The notes under the pieces: generated by a model
Told to the model about the DNA's origin: nothing
Databases searched by the model: none
Seen by the model: only the letters and a program-made list of their open reading frames with translations
Origin: a virus
Lineage: Duplodnaviria > Caudoviricetes
Virus record (IMG/VR): IMGVR_UViG_3300037067_004899
Span: 6,502-70,501 of that record
DNA length: 64,000 bases
Reading direction: 5' to 3' (one strand)
Translations under genes and position numbers: made by a program
In this document: positions 1 through 10,594 of the stretch, one piece after another
Position numbering within the stretch: position 1 is the first letter of the stretch
Layout: each line of letters starts with the position of its first letter

Positions 1-363
1 AAAGAATGTTTTGAACTCTTGCTTCGGCTTTTTGAAAGGCTTAGTTAATTGGTCTGCTGTTTTTAATTCCTGTTCACCCACTATAACGGTATCTGGTTTT
101 ATCAGTGTTGCTTCGAATTCTGCTTTTAGTGTTTTCTTTTGTTCCTTTCTTCTGAATGCGTTAACGTTAAACAAATTCCTACATTTTACACTACAATATA
201 AAGCCTTCTCATTCCGGAGTTTAAATTCAACGCCACATTGTTTACATTTTCTGTTTTTAAATTCAAAGCACACACACCTCATATCAGTATTAAGTGTCAG
301 GTCTTTAAGTTTACATTCAAAGCCGTGATTATTTTTACAATTGTTGATAGGACATTTTGTCAT
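1..363 (-). CDS. Cys-rich zinc-finger protein, 3' end runs off window
   Basis: ATG at 363 after GGAGG RBS; 121 codons open to position 1; CKQCGVEF..LYCSVKC motif. Confidence 0.6.
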   Translation of the reverse strand, partial: MTKCPINNCKNNHGFECKLKDLTLNTDMRCVCFEFKNRKCKQCGVEFKLRNEKALYCSVKCRNLFNVNAFRRKEQKKTLKAEFEATLIKPDTVIVGEQELKTADQLTKPFKKPKQEFKTFF

Positions 364-465
364 TGTAATACCTCCTGTTTATGTAATAATTATGATAATA
401 TCACATTATTAAAGGCATTTCAACTATTACAACTTATTACTTATTGCTTTTGCATGGCAAACAGA

Positions 466-1029
466 TCACTCACCTTTTTCAAGGGCCTGTTTTAGCAGCT
501 GTTCAAAGGTTGGACTCCCTTGCCACTCAATTTTATCTGTAAACATGCCCAGGTGCTTGCCGATAAGCTCCAGGGCTTTTAACTGGTCATTGCGCTTAAA
601 CTTAAAGCCGTCCTTGGTCTCTTGTACCTCTGCTATTATGGAGCCGTCGACTTGATCGCTATCTTTTAGGTCAATGATCGTTTTGTATGCCGTTATGGGC
701 CTGCCCAACAGGGCTGTAGCGGTCTCATCTAGCGTCTGTATGGTCTTGTAACTCAGCATATCTTTTATATCTGCAAAGGCTATTTTAGACAGTTGATTTA
801 ATACTTTTTCAACCAGTGCTGTGTTTCTTTTTGCTAGTCCTTCTGCTAGTTCGGCAGTCCTTGACATAACCTTGGTATCTGCTGCAAGCTTACAAGCGTT
901 CTCATCTATACTCTTATCTGTCATATTCTCACAGTTATATGCCTGCTTATATGCCTCTCTCTGGCTTAATCCGGTAAATAGACCTTGAGCATATTTTTCC
1001 TGCTTTATGGTTAATTTATCTGCTGGCAT
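466..1029 (-). CDS. terS: Terminase small subunit
   Basis: N-terminal LTIKQEKYAQGLFTGLSQREAYKQAY and C-terminal DQLKALELIGKHLGMF, typical of Terminase_2 family. Confidence 0.85.
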   Translation of the reverse strand: MPADKLTIKQEKYAQGLFTGLSQREAYKQAYNCENMTDKSIDENACKLAADTKVMSRTAELAEGLAKRNTALVEKVLNQLSKIAFADIKDMLSYKTIQTLDETATALLGRPITAYKTIIDLKDSDQVDGSIIAEVQETKDGFKFKRNDQLKALELIGKHLGMFTDKIEWQGSPTFEQLLKQALEKGE

Positions 1030-1375
1030 AATATCAACTCCCTAAACTTATTTTTAACTTATACCTCTGCTATTACAGTCCCTGCTTCCCTTGCCTCGTT
1101 CAGTGGCGCGAAGAAACATTTCAGGCATACTCTATTATCATCCTCATCATGAGCTTGTTCCTCTACTGGGTCTATTGGCTTATGGCAGTTGGTGCATATC
1201 TCCGGAAATTGTATTATCTTACCTATATTGCTCACCTATCCTTTACACTGCGGCCTTGCAGACTATTTTATGGACATTTGCATGTATTTTAAATTATGTA
1301 TTGACATTGCAATTGCATTGATGTATGATGTATTTGTCGGCAGGGCAAGCAGCCCACGAACTGGAGGATAAATAT

Positions 1376-1759
1376 ATGTTGTGTAATCATTGCGGTACTT
1401 TAATGGTTGATGATTCAGGTAACTTTGGATGCCCAAAATGCGGCAATTACGTCGAGGTCGAGGTAATACCAGCCAAGACAGTAAAGCTTTACAAAACCAA
1501 TCAGACCAAAGCATATCGTATGGATGAGCAAGGCGAAGGATTTTCGCTTACACCTTACAGCAGCAACAGTCCTTATTATGAGGGATATGATGATGGTGGC
1601 AAGGATTACATCTTACCTGATGGCTACAGTATAGGCACGCTTGCCGGAGATGAACCCGCAATATTCGACGATAACAACAATTATTGCATACTATCAATCA
1701 AGTACAACAGCCCAATTTTACTAAGTGATAAATCGGCAATGCTTAAAAAAGTACGCTAG
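1376..1759 (+). CDS. Zn-ribbon hypothetical protein
   Basis: GGAGG RBS; CNHC..CPKC motif. Confidence 0.6.
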   Translation: MLCNHCGTLMVDDSGNFGCPKCGNYVEVEVIPAKTVKLYKTNQTKAYRMDEQGEGFSLTPYSSNSPYYEGYDDGGKDYILPDGYSIGTLAGDEPAIFDDNNNYCILSIKYNSPILLSDKSAMLKKVR

Positions 1760-1861
1760 CAGATGGCGCCGGACTACCGGCGTAATGCAGGGGCTCCCGT
1801 CCAAACCTCGGGGGCAGGCCGACATCCCGGCAAACCGGGCGGCTATGGTTGGAGGATTATT

Positions 1862-2182
1862 ATGAGTAAATTAACGTATCTATCGGGCAATAAGCTCCTT
1901 AAAAAACTTGTTGGCGCAGAGCTAACAGATGCAGTAAAAGGGGAAATTCAATCTCTGTTTATGCTTACGCTTTCGTATCATGGAGATATACATGTTGCAA
2001 AATTCGAAGATTTTCCACACAACGGTTACGCCATTGATATTGTAGTTAATGTAAATCTGCTAAACATCCATGTTGGGACAATCTTTCTTGAAAGAATTAG
2101 CTCCGAGTCATATGGGAACGTTGAAGAAATAGTACTTTATCCTGTCGCAAGCAGATTTATGAGAGAGGTGATCGCGCAATGA
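1862..2182 (+). CDS. Hypothetical protein
   Basis: GGAGG RBS before ATG 1862. Confidence 0.55.
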   Translation: MSKLTYLSGNKLLKKLVGAELTDAVKGEIQSLFMLTLSYHGDIHVAKFEDFPHNGYAIDIVVNVNLLNIHVGTIFLERISSESYGNVEEIVLYPVASRFMREVIAQ

Positions 2183-2319
2183 AGGACACTCAGCTCACTA
2201 TCCGCATCAACTCAGACCTCAAGGCCCAGGCAACTCAGCTTGCAAAATCACAAATCCGAACCCTCGGTAATCTGATAGAATATCTACTTAAGCAGGAAAT
2301 AGATAAGGCCTCCAAATAG
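2179..2319 (+). CDS. Ribbon-helix-helix DNA-binding protein (46 aa, not in ORF track)
   Basis: MKDTQLTIRINSDLKAQATQLAKSQIRTLGNLIEYLLKQE; ATGA overlap with upstream gene. Confidence 0.7.
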   Translation: MKDTQLTIRINSDLKAQATQLAKSQIRTLGNLIEYLLKQEIDKASK

Positions 2320-2606
2320 GGGGTCTTTTTTATTGCCTGTAATAGTTTATCTGCAAAATAAAAGGAACCTTATTAGGCTCCTAAACTATCTTATTGGATT
2401 ATACGGGCATTGTGTAGGTCTTGGTACTGGCCTGTCTATTGGATTGCTAAAACTGTGTGTCGGCTCGTTGGTTCTAGTACAAAAATTAAATCCGTATTTT
2501 TTATCCAATGGATCCTTGGCCTCGTTATAGCTTTCGCATTCCCCACATGTGTTAGGACATTTCATCTTCTTGCCTCCCTATCCCCTGAAGGGGCTTTTAT
2601 ACCCCT

Positions 2607-2819
2607 CTAAGCCGCTACTTTGGCTAATATGCCCTTAACTTCTGCCAATATCTTCTCTCTGCATTCGCTGCAAAGATATTTTTCTTTCAACATCCTTCTG
2701 CACTCTGGAGACAGTTTATCTTTAATGGCTTGCCAATTGACTTTCCATCCGTGCCATACCATATGATGGCTGTTATGATTCTTGTTACAATGGCATTTTT
2801 CTCTTTCATACTGCATCAT
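2607..2819 (-). CDS. Hypothetical Cys/His-containing protein
   Basis: 70-aa ORF with RBS-like GGGGA. Confidence 0.45.
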   Translation of the reverse strand: MMQYEREKCHCNKNHNSHHMVWHGWKVNWQAIKDKLSPECRRMLKEKYLCSECREKILAEVKGILAKVAA

Positions 2820-2982
2820 ATCCCCTATAGCCCCAAGAGGGGCTGCCCTCCCTCATTTTACTTTTCTCCATCCGCAATCGCCCTTACAGACATCTTTGAT
2901 TTCACAGGTCTTACATACCCGACCTTCTTTTAACTTTTTCATATCACTTTAGCCCCTGCATAGGAGGGGCTTTCCTGCCTTT

Positions 2983-3246
2983 CTAATCAACGTATTCGTT
3001 ATGCAGCCAGTTCTTTGCCTCATTTTCTGTCGATGGTTTTACGCTTACATCGGTGTGTGACATCCCATGATATCTAGCCCAACCTCTTGCTTTACGCACA
3101 GCCTCTTGTTCATCTTTTGCGTCAAATGCAAATTTCGGTTCGCGAAGTCCTTCAAACATTTTTTCATAAAGTGTAAATTTAGCCATATCCATACCCCTTT
3201 CAATATTTCTTGATACCATCATATCACCTTCGTAAATCACTGTCAA
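2983..3246 (-). CDS. Hypothetical phage protein (true start probably near 3190)
   Basis: ORF track; RBS GAAAGGGG before MDMAK. Confidence 0.5.
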   Translation of the reverse strand: MTVIYEGDMMVSRNIERGMDMAKFTLYEKMFEGLREPKFAFDAKDEQEAVRKARGWARYHGMSHTDVSVKPSTENEAKNWLHNEYVD

Positions 3247-3313
3247 TAACTTTTATTTGCTATTGCGAAATTATTTTTACAGTGATACAATGTTAATGAA
3301 AGGGGTTGACTTT

Positions 3314-3469
3314 ATGCCACTTAACACAGATACACACAAAGGCGTTCCGGTTAACTGTCCGCTTGATTTATATGAGCAAATAAAATCACTCGCTAAAAGT
3401 AACGAGCGCAGCATATCAGCACAAATCATTTATATGCTTAAGCAGCAACTTAAAAAGGATTCCAAGTAG
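3314..3469 (+). CDS. Arc-like ribbon-helix-helix repressor
   Basis: VPVNCPLDLYEQIKSLAKSNERSISAQIIYMLKQQL matches Arc pattern. Confidence 0.75.
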   Translation: MPLNTDTHKGVPVNCPLDLYEQIKSLAKSNERSISAQIIYMLKQQLKKDSK

Positions 3470-3566
3470 GGATCCTTTTCTTTGTAAATAAAAGCCGCCC
3501 CATCGGACAGCTTTCGTAACTATGTAACCATTATATCAATACAGTAGGGGTAATTACTGCAAGGAT

Positions 3567-3992
3567 TTATATTCTTAATCCTCTTTCGTGCGCAAATTCT
3601 TGACAAGCTTTATTCAGCCAGTAATATATTTGTCTTGGACTTGCCGGTATATGTATCTCCGCATAATGCACGCGTGTCTCTATGTCTCCCCACTCAATAT
3701 CCTTCCAGTAATCTTTTTGATATACCATTTCCACGGCCACCCGGGGAAATCTGCCGCATATGACGAGAGCCTTCTCCGCTGCGTCCAGGTCTGCCAGTTC
3801 GGCGGCGTTATCCCGTAATATCCTTTCCTTGTGCATCAACATAGCCTCTGTAGGATTGCTTATGCCCGCCGATCGGGCCTGCCTCATATAATCATCAACG
3901 AGTTTGCTTATGTATTTATCTGCACTGCCTTCACGGGCCAAAAAGCGAAAGGCCTGCGTTGCATACTCTCTATATGGCTGTCTTTTGTTCAT
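3567..3992 (-). CDS. RinA/ArpU-like transcriptional activator
   Basis: C-terminal helix-turn-helix-like segment (ASPRQIYYWLNKA); lies at end of early operon. Confidence 0.55.
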   Translation of the reverse strand: MNKRQPYREYATQAFRFLAREGSADKYISKLVDDYMRQARSAGISNPTEAMLMHKERILRDNAAELADLDAAEKALVICGRFPRVAVEMVYQKDYWKDIEWGDIETRVHYAEIHIPASPRQIYYWLNKACQEFAHERGLRI

Positions 3993-4183
3993 TCCCTCAC
4001 CCCTTTTTACGCCTCTTTACTGGTCTCTGTGGATGGTAACAGCCTCTTACCGGGTCGAAATACTGGCATCTGCCAATATCCTTGGCTTCATATTCCCGAT
4101 CTTTTAAAAATACGCCGTTGCAGCAATGGTCCGGTCGTGGACATATGTGCTGCAAAAATCTTATTTCTGCTGTGTTCATAGCC

Positions 4184-4588
4184 TTACTCTCCTATCTCTT
4201 GTATTTCTACCTCTACCCGTGGTTCCAGACTATACCGCTTTTCAATTGTTGCGCTCACTATTTGGCTGTCGTCGTGGTATGCAAGGCCGTTCAACGCGTC
4301 CGATATGATTTTGCCAACATTATCCCAATCCGGTTTCTTTGTTGGTCTTATTTCTCCTGTTCTCATAAGCCATCTATTTTTTTGTGACTGTGACTTTGGT
4401 ATCTTAAAGTACGCCTTGACCGTCATTTGCAATGCGCCTTCAAGTTGTTTTGTGTAATGTTCCATTATGTAGAGTTCTTTCACAAAGGTTTCATAGTTGA
4501 CTGTTTTAGTTGGTGTATACGTAAATCCTTTCATCACTCTTGGGCGCTGTTTGGCGCAGGGCTGACCTGGTATAGTGAGTTTAATCAT
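4184..4588 (-). CDS. rusA: RusA-family Holliday junction resolvase
   Basis: KQRPR, KKPDWDNVGKIISDALNGLAYHDDSQIV motifs. Confidence 0.92.
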   Translation of the reverse strand: MIKLTIPGQPCAKQRPRVMKGFTYTPTKTVNYETFVKELYIMEHYTKQLEGALQMTVKAYFKIPKSQSQKNRWLMRTGEIRPTKKPDWDNVGKIISDALNGLAYHDDSQIVSATIEKRYSLEPRVEVEIQEIGE

Positions 4589-4950
4589 TTTTCCCCGCCT
4601 CCTGCCTTCTCTATCTGCTCTAGGGCTTGTAGTGCCTTTTCAGCTGCTTCACGGGTGAGAAATACTGTTTTATTGAAAGCCATTGAAAGCCACAACACAT
4701 CCCGTTTACGGCAATCCTCATATGAATAAAGCCTTGCATAATGCCGTCCATCTTTCCATGTTGGAAAATCTGAAAGATGAATTGAACCGACTTTACATCT
4801 ATGAATTTTTCTCTTGAAAATGGCAAATACGGTATCCCCCACCTTACATGGTAATATTACAAATCGTCCCTCTTTCTTGGCAATGGCAATATCAATAAGA
4901 TCGTTTATATCGAGCCCTAATTCTTTCAATATTTCTGATGCCTCACTCAT
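4585..4950 (-). CDS. Hypothetical phage protein
   Basis: LPCKVGDTVF..KTVFLTREAAEKAL pattern common in Firmicute phages. Confidence 0.7.
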   Translation of the reverse strand: MSEASEILKELGLDINDLIDIAIAKKEGRFVILPCKVGDTVFAIFKRKIHRCKVGSIHLSDFPTWKDGRHYARLYSYEDCRKRDVLWLSMAFNKTVFLTREAAEKALQALEQIEKAGGGEK

Positions 4951-5558
4951 TTCTCCCTGCCTCCAATCTTTACTATGGCTGCAAGAGATTCCTCCCCCAT
5001 AATATCTGCTGCTTTGCTTATCTCATTGCAACTCATTAATGTTATTATTGCTTCTTTTGCCTTTGCAAGTGCCTCCACATCGGCAGGGTTATGGTAGGTG
5101 TCTTGCGTCCCGGATAAGGGCTCTATGTTTGGCTTTTGGTACTCTTTTTTATCCGCATGGGTGGCAGAGATAGCCTTGCCAATCGGGCAATCCGGTGTGT
5201 GACTGTTAATAGCCCCGCATAAAAAGCAGTGTACTTTACCTGTAACTACATTGCGATAAAATACTTTGTCAAGCGCCTCCTGCATAACTTTATTCTGTGC
5301 CTGTAGCTGCTCGTCCTCTTGCTGCAAATCTATAGCAGCCTCTGTCTGTTCGATGGCAATATGTTTGGTGGTTTCAAGTTCGGTCCGGAGTTCGTTATTC
5401 TCTTGCTGCATAGCCTTAATTGCCCGCAAGTCACATATTTCAAAATTGGTGTACAAATGGATTTTGCCTTCTGCAAGAGTTTCATCTAATCGCTTTATCC
5501 ATACGTCCTGTTCCTGCTTGTTAAATGGCATTATGTCTTCAAATTTTCCAGCATGCAT
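4947..5558 (-). CDS. Hypothetical coiled-coil/Zn-binding protein
   Basis: Coiled coil then CFLCG..HTPDC. Confidence 0.6.
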   Translation of the reverse strand: MHAGKFEDIMPFNKQEQDVWIKRLDETLAEGKIHLYTNFEICDLRAIKAMQQENNELRTELETTKHIAIEQTEAAIDLQQEDEQLQAQNKVMQEALDKVFYRNVVTGKVHCFLCGAINSHTPDCPIGKAISATHADKKEYQKPNIEPLSGTQDTYHNPADVEALAKAKEAIITLMSCNEISKAADIMGEESLAAIVKIGGREK

Positions 5559-5600
5559 CCTAACCCCTCCTATTCCATTACATATACTTCAGCTTTTGTC

Positions 5601-6422
5601 TTAAAATAAGCTCATTTGATTCTGTGGTTTATAATTCATCCATAAAACTTCCTGCCGAACCTGTCCGCCCTCGCATTTTGCCATTAGTTTTTCTGTGTGC
5701 CACCCCTGCAAGAGGTCATTGTAAAGTTCACTTTCATATCCGGATAACATAATTTTGCCCGAATGCTTTTTAAGGAGCTCGAGTAATTCAATATGGTCTT
5801 GATCGTTCATTTCACAAGCATAAATACGACCGCTTCTTGTGCTTCTGATATATGGCGGATCCGCATAGATAAATACATTATTGCGGTTATATCTGGTAAT
5901 GCAATCTACAGCTGGCCGGTTTTCAATTTGTACAAGGAAGTTTCTGAAATGTTTCAACCTCCAGGATGCGTCTAAAATTTTCTGTGGCAGCTTCGTAGAC
6001 CATTGCGGCACGTTTCCGTTTAATGCTTTAATATTACTTCTCCATCCGGTTATATCGCTGGATTTTGCACCTATGGCTTGCCACATTCTGACTAAAAATC
6101 TTCGGGCATCCTCGAGGTTCTCGCCTGTCATAGTGTAGCTTTTACTGTATTCCTCTCTGCTCCATGGTGTAAATTCAATCAGCCTTGCTAATTCTTCCGG
6201 CTGTTCCCTGATGACGTTAAATAAATTTACAACATTTCCATCCAAATCATTTATTGTTTCTACCACTGACCGTTTCTTGTTGAAAAATATTGCACCGGAT
6301 CCAAAGAAGGGCTCAAGGTATGTCATTTTTTCATATTCCGAAGGAAAGTTTGATATTATCCATTGTGCTATACTCCATTTACTCCCCTGATATTTCAAAA
6401 TGGTTTTCACTGCATCACCCAT
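5601..6422 (-). CDS. dam: Orphan Dam-like N6-adenine DNA methyltransferase
   Basis: KYQGSK, YLEPFFGSGA (motif I), INDLDG, YADPPY (motif IV); no restriction partner. Confidence 0.9.
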   Translation of the reverse strand: MGDAVKTILKYQGSKWSIAQWIISNFPSEYEKMTYLEPFFGSGAIFFNKKRSVVETINDLDGNVVNLFNVIREQPEELARLIEFTPWSREEYSKSYTMTGENLEDARRFLVRMWQAIGAKSSDITGWRSNIKALNGNVPQWSTKLPQKILDASWRLKHFRNFLVQIENRPAVDCITRYNRNNVFIYADPPYIRSTRSGRIYACEMNDQDHIELLELLKKHSGKIMLSGYESELYNDLLQGWHTEKLMAKCEGGQVRQEVLWMNYKPQNQMSLF

Positions 6423-6967
6423 ACTTCTAACTCCCTCCTACCAAACTCCATACAGCTTGCGTAATCCTCCATATACACATCCAGCTGTCCGTTGCCGATC
6501 ATGCCGCCCCTGTCCATTATCGTAAAAATCCTGTCAAAATAGGGTATATACAGCCTTGTACCTATGGGATATTCCGGCCCTGCCGCTACAAATCCATCCT
6601 GCACATATTCGCCGGATGCTGTGATGCCATAGTCAGGATCATTAGGAGATTTACCGCAGCTGCCTTCCCAGTATGCCGTGACCTCCATCATGCATCCGCG
6701 TTCGCCGCCTCGGTCTGGCTTGTGCTGTGTCTGTATAGTATTGATTTGCTGTGCCAGAGCGTTGATTTGCTGTGCCAGAGCGTCGATTTGATTCTGATAT
6801 TCAACATTCTGTTTGCTGATTTTGTCGATACGTGCTGTAAGGGTCAAAATTGCCGTTTCCTTGTTTGATGGTATACTTTCACCTTTATAGGTCTGACTTT
6901 CTAAATAAACCATAAGTACGACTGTCAGGGTGAGGATTAAAGCGAACACCCATTCGAATTTTTTCAT
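6407..6967 (-). CDS. Membrane-anchored 3D-domain protein
   Basis: N-terminal TM, coiled coil with 21-bp tandem duplication (6741-6782), VTAY..ITASG..DRGG..LDVY 3D domain. Confidence 0.85.
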   Translation of the reverse strand: MKKFEWVFALILTLTVVLMVYLESQTYKGESIPSNKETAILTLTARIDKISKQNVEYQNQIDALAQQINALAQQINTIQTQHKPDRGGERGCMMEVTAYWEGSCGKSPNDPDYGITASGEYVQDGFVAAGPEYPIGTRLYIPYFDRIFTIMDRGGMIGNGQLDVYMEDYASCMEFGRRELEVWVMQ

Positions 6968-7281
6968 AATGCGACCTCCTTAAATATTTTTTTAATATAA
7001 AGAGGCCGCCATACAATCATCCATTCACTCTCTATAAATCCGCGTTCCTTTTGTTCTGCCTCGTATTCTTTGGCGAGTTCCGGATCAAGTTCCAGCAAAT
7101 CCTCGTAATCTGCTTCAACCGCCACCGGGCAGCAAAAACTAAAACATTTTCCGGGTTCATCCTTGTTCCCTCGGTGTGTGCAACCATAGCCATTATTTTT
7201 CCAACTACCATCCCTGTATCGTGTAGTTGCGAAATATCCACACCGTTTAATTAGACTATCAAGGTCAATTAATCTTTTCAT
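6964..7281 (-). CDS. Hypothetical protein
   Basis: In-operon ORF with overlapping start/stop. Confidence 0.6.
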   Translation of the reverse strand: MKRLIDLDSLIKRCGYFATTRYRDGSWKNNGYGCTHRGNKDEPGKCFSFCCPVAVEADYEDLLELDPELAKEYEAEQKERGFIESEWMIVWRPLYIKKIFKEVAL

Positions 7282-7512
7282 TCTTCAAAATCCTCCTGTC
7301 CTTCCAAATCCCTGTACGCGCATCTACCCATTTTCCCGTAACATTTATCACAACATTTTTTACACCGCCTATTACAAGGTGACGCGTGCTGCATCTCGCA
7401 GTGGCAGAAGGGACATTCCATTTCCCGGCTGCGCTTGCCGGCACTCTTGGCTAGGGCAAATATGATCAATATGATTACTGCAACTGCCAGTATTAATAAA
7501 ACTAACATAGTA

Positions 7513-8787
7513 TCACCTCCCAATATTGTACAAGCGGAACGTCTTTTTATAGTGTCTCAGATAGATATATCCAGTAGGACCGTTGCGCTGTTTGGCTACT
7601 ATAACTTGTAGGTCGTAAATGTCTTGCGTTTCGTTGGTGTCTTTTGGAATATGCAGGAATATTACGTTATCTGCATCCTGCTCTATGCTTCCAGATTCCC
7701 TTAGGTCATGTAATTCAGGTGGACGGCCTGTCTTTGCGTTTTCTCTGGTAAGCTGGCTCAGCACGATAACTGGAATACTAAATTCCATCGATATTTCTTT
7801 AAACTGCCGGCTAATTTCTTCGATTTCCTGCCTACGTGATTCAATTTTCCCCGCGCTCCTGCAAAGCTGAAGATAGTCAACTACTAATACGTCAGGCTTT
7901 TCGTCCCGGCAGTATGCGCGGATTTCTTGTACTGTAGAAAGTTCGTCATTTATGATTATGGGCCATTCTCCCATTTCACCAGCTGCATGTGCAAGTTGCT
8001 GAAAGTCCGTTCCTGACAAGGTTTTACACAGCCTTAATTTTTGTCCGTCAATTGGTGTGTAATTGGCTATAAAACGCTTCATAAGTTGATTTGCGGACAT
8101 TTCGCGAGATACAAGCAAGCATTTATTACCTTTACGTGATAGGTTTATGATAAGATTTACGCCCATTACCGTCTTTCCAACACCAGGACGCGCCGCTATT
8201 ATTGTCAATTCCTCGGGGTGTAGTCCGGCAGTAAGCTTATCAAGATCATAAAACCCAGTCATGAGCCTGTTTTCATCGGTCTTATTATATTCATCTTCAA
8301 TGTTTTGCAAGGTGTCATTGATGATGTCTTGAAACTTAAAGCTCTTTTTTTGAAAGTCGTTTATAGGGATGTCAACCAGTTTCATAATGTCGGACTTAAA
8401 ACTTGCAACATTGTCATATTCGTATCTTTCAGCCATTTCAATGATTGTGTGCGCTGCTTTTGATACATTTCTCCTTGCAGAATATTCTTTTAATGTCCTG
8501 TAGTAATAGCCTGCATTTTCTTCCGTAGGCACGTCGTTCGTAGCCGCAGAAAGGATATTAAATATATTAGTTATCCTTGGAAGTTCATCTGCCACGCTTA
8601 TTATGTCAATGGCTTTTTTAGTATTATACAAATCCTTCATTGCCTGTAATGCTTCTTGATAACATGCGACAGAAAAATCAATTTCAGTAAGTTTATTTAC
8701 ATACTCCGTTTTTCCAAGTAACATACACCCTATCATAGCCTTTTCGATCTCAGTATTGAATATCATACTCTCACTCCCCCGGTTCAT
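7513..8787 (-). CDS. dnaB: DnaB-like replicative helicase
   Basis: IIAARPGVGKT Walker A, VVDYLQL, VLSQLTR, DLRESGSIEQDAD, AKQRNGPTG. Confidence 0.96.
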   Translation of the reverse strand: MNRGSESMIFNTEIEKAMIGCMLLGKTEYVNKLTEIDFSVACYQEALQAMKDLYNTKKAIDIISVADELPRITNIFNILSAATNDVPTEENAGYYYRTLKEYSARRNVSKAAHTIIEMAERYEYDNVASFKSDIMKLVDIPINDFQKKSFKFQDIINDTLQNIEDEYNKTDENRLMTGFYDLDKLTAGLHPEELTIIAARPGVGKTVMGVNLIINLSRKGNKCLLVSREMSANQLMKRFIANYTPIDGQKLRLCKTLSGTDFQQLAHAAGEMGEWPIIINDELSTVQEIRAYCRDEKPDVLVVDYLQLCRSAGKIESRRQEIEEISRQFKEISMEFSIPVIVLSQLTRENAKTGRPPELHDLRESGSIEQDADNVIFLHIPKDTNETQDIYDLQVIVAKQRNGPTGYIYLRHYKKTFRLYNIGR

Positions 8788-9553
8788 AATTTGTCATGTC
8801 ACGATATGTATTAGTTTCTTCTGCTTGTTCCTGATAATTTTTATCAAGGTAATCAACATAGCCTGAGTTAAAAAATGTGCTTCCATGCTGCCATGCTTTC
8901 CAATCCTCTTTTGATCGTCTGTACCGGTCGATACATCGGCTTAACTCTTCAAGTCCTATCTCAAACAGCTTGGTTTTTTGAGTATCCGATACTTGCCCTT
9001 TCCCCTTTTTATTAGGGTACAAATTCCAAATCGATTCAAAAAATGCGCATATATCTTTTTTATTATCTTTATTACTTTCTTTGTATGTGGTTATCTGCTG
9101 GTTATCTGCTGGTTTATCTGCTGGTTGTCTGCTGGTTATCTGCTGGTTAGTATCATCCTCTAAACTTTTATTCTGTAAGGGTTCTTGGTGGTTATATTTC
9201 CCACAGTGCAAAAATTCTTGGTGGTTATATTTTTCGTAGTTTTTAATTAAATAAATTGTAAACTTTGGATAGTCTTTTACATGTTCTATCATTTGATCGT
9301 CTGATAATTTTTTTATCAATGTACGAAGTTTCTGTTCGCCAACTTTTAACCGGTTGCTCCACGATACACGTCCAAATACAAATTGACCATATTCTAAAGT
9401 AACAAGGTATCCATCAACATAATCTGTCTTAGGTTCCTTAATATAACGCGCTCGGTATAACATTTCAAACCATATCTTAAAGTGATACGCATCCTTGTAA
9501 ATCCAATGATCTGTTATTCCTCTACTAATTCCTATGTATCCGTCCAATGGCAT
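8771..9553 (-). CDS. Phage replication initiator
   Basis: N-terminal winged-helix-type initiator region, internal iteron repeats, C-terminal FESIWNLYPNKKGK; directly upstream of helicase. Confidence 0.8.
   Translation of the reverse strand: MPLDGYIGISRGITDHWIYKDAYHFKIWFEMLYRARYIKEPKTDYVDGYLVTLEYGQFVFGRVSWSNRLKVGEQKLRTLIKKLSDDQMIEHVKDYPKFTIYLIKNYEKYNHQEFLHCGKYNHQEPLQNKSLEDDTNQQITSRQPADKPADNQQITTYKESNKDNKKDICAFFESIWNLYPNKKGKGQVSDTQKTKLFEIGLEELSRCIDRYRRSKEDWKAWQHGSTFFNSGYVDYLDKNYQEQAEETNTYRDMTNYEPGE
9089..9232. repeat. Iteron array, putative replication origin
   Basis: Five tandem GGTTATCTGCT-like 11-12-mers (9089-9144) plus TTCTTGGTGGTTATATTT x2. Confidence 0.75.
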
Positions 9554-9578
9554 CACCTGCCCCATTCTTTCAGTAGTG

Positions 9579-9923
9579 CTACATGTTTTGCCGTTCTGCG
9601 TTGATCTCATTTTCAATGATCCGCAGTTCGATTTTCAATTGGAGAATCTTCTCATAGCAGCAATCATAATCAGACTTGCGGATGTCCCGCTCAAATCTCA
9701 ACTTTGCAACTATTTCCTCACCCCTGCACAGATCACCGCAGGCTGTCCATGCAACACCGTCTGCTACATGGAGTCTGAGAAATTCCTTTCGCATGGCAAT
9801 ACGATATTTCATTTCAGCCTCTGCGAGCTTGCGACCGTTCTGCTTGTAAAATATAAGACATTCGTTAAGTTGCCTTCGCGTGTCGCTCATAGCTTGTATT
9901 AAATCTTGTCCTGAGTTTGGCAT
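9579..9923 (-). CDS. Hypothetical helical phage protein
   Basis: ORF with GGAGTG RBS. Confidence 0.65.
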   Translation of the reverse strand: MPNSGQDLIQAMSDTRRQLNECLIFYKQNGRKLAEAEMKYRIAMRKEFLRLHVADGVAWTACGDLCRGEEIVAKLRFERDIRKSDYDCCYEKILQLKIELRIIENEINAERQNM

Positions 9924-10252
9924 GATATCACTCCTTTGTGGATAGATTTAGATATGGCTTTCATGTGGTTGCCTCACTCTATCCTTTTATTACGAATCAT
10001 GACCACCACACCCTGTTTGATAATCAAAGTTATCGCAGTCTCCCATTGGGATAACTTTCCAACCCTTTGAGAGGCAGTCGTACAAATAGTCCCTTGCTTC
10101 TTCGTGTGATAATCCGCGCCCTGTTTCGTCTTTAAATACACTTTTTAGAGAGCCTTTTCGAGTATAATTGTTTAACATTCCGCGTATATCAGCGCACATA
10201 TGTATCGTTCGCATTTTAAAACCCTTTCTTCGCATACTTTATATATTCCGTA

Positions 10253-10594
10253 CTACAGATAATTCCAGCAGAACACATTCATCCAGTGTTCATGAGTATA
10301 TACCTTCTCAAATTCAGTCTGTGCTAATCGTTTGAGTTCCTTATCAAGCTTCAAATTGCCCTTGTGCACACCATGTTTACCAGTATGATAGTCTTGGGTA
10401 AGCCAGACAGTTAAACCGTAATCATCGGCATTTTTGCGATTCTTGCCGTATAGGCAATGATGTTGCTCAACGTCTAGCCTACCTGTGACATAACATGCTT
10501 TTGTATCTTGTAATTTTATCTTTTGTATAAGGGGATGCTTATGTACTTTCTGTTTCTTTTGTGTGAACTTGGGAAACTGCTGTACTTCAGGCAT
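10253..10594 (-). CDS. HNH-like nuclease-fold protein
   Basis: CYVTG..EQHHCLYGKNRK..WLTQDYH..GVH. Confidence 0.6.
   Translation of the reverse strand: MPEVQQFPKFTQKKQKVHKHPLIQKIKLQDTKACYVTGRLDVEQHHCLYGKNRKNADDYGLTVWLTQDYHTGKHGVHKGNLKLDKELKRLAQTEFEKVYTHEHWMNVFCWNYL

Noticed and set aside
5601-6422. Restriction-modification system
   Set aside because: Orphan methyltransferase, routine in temperate phages
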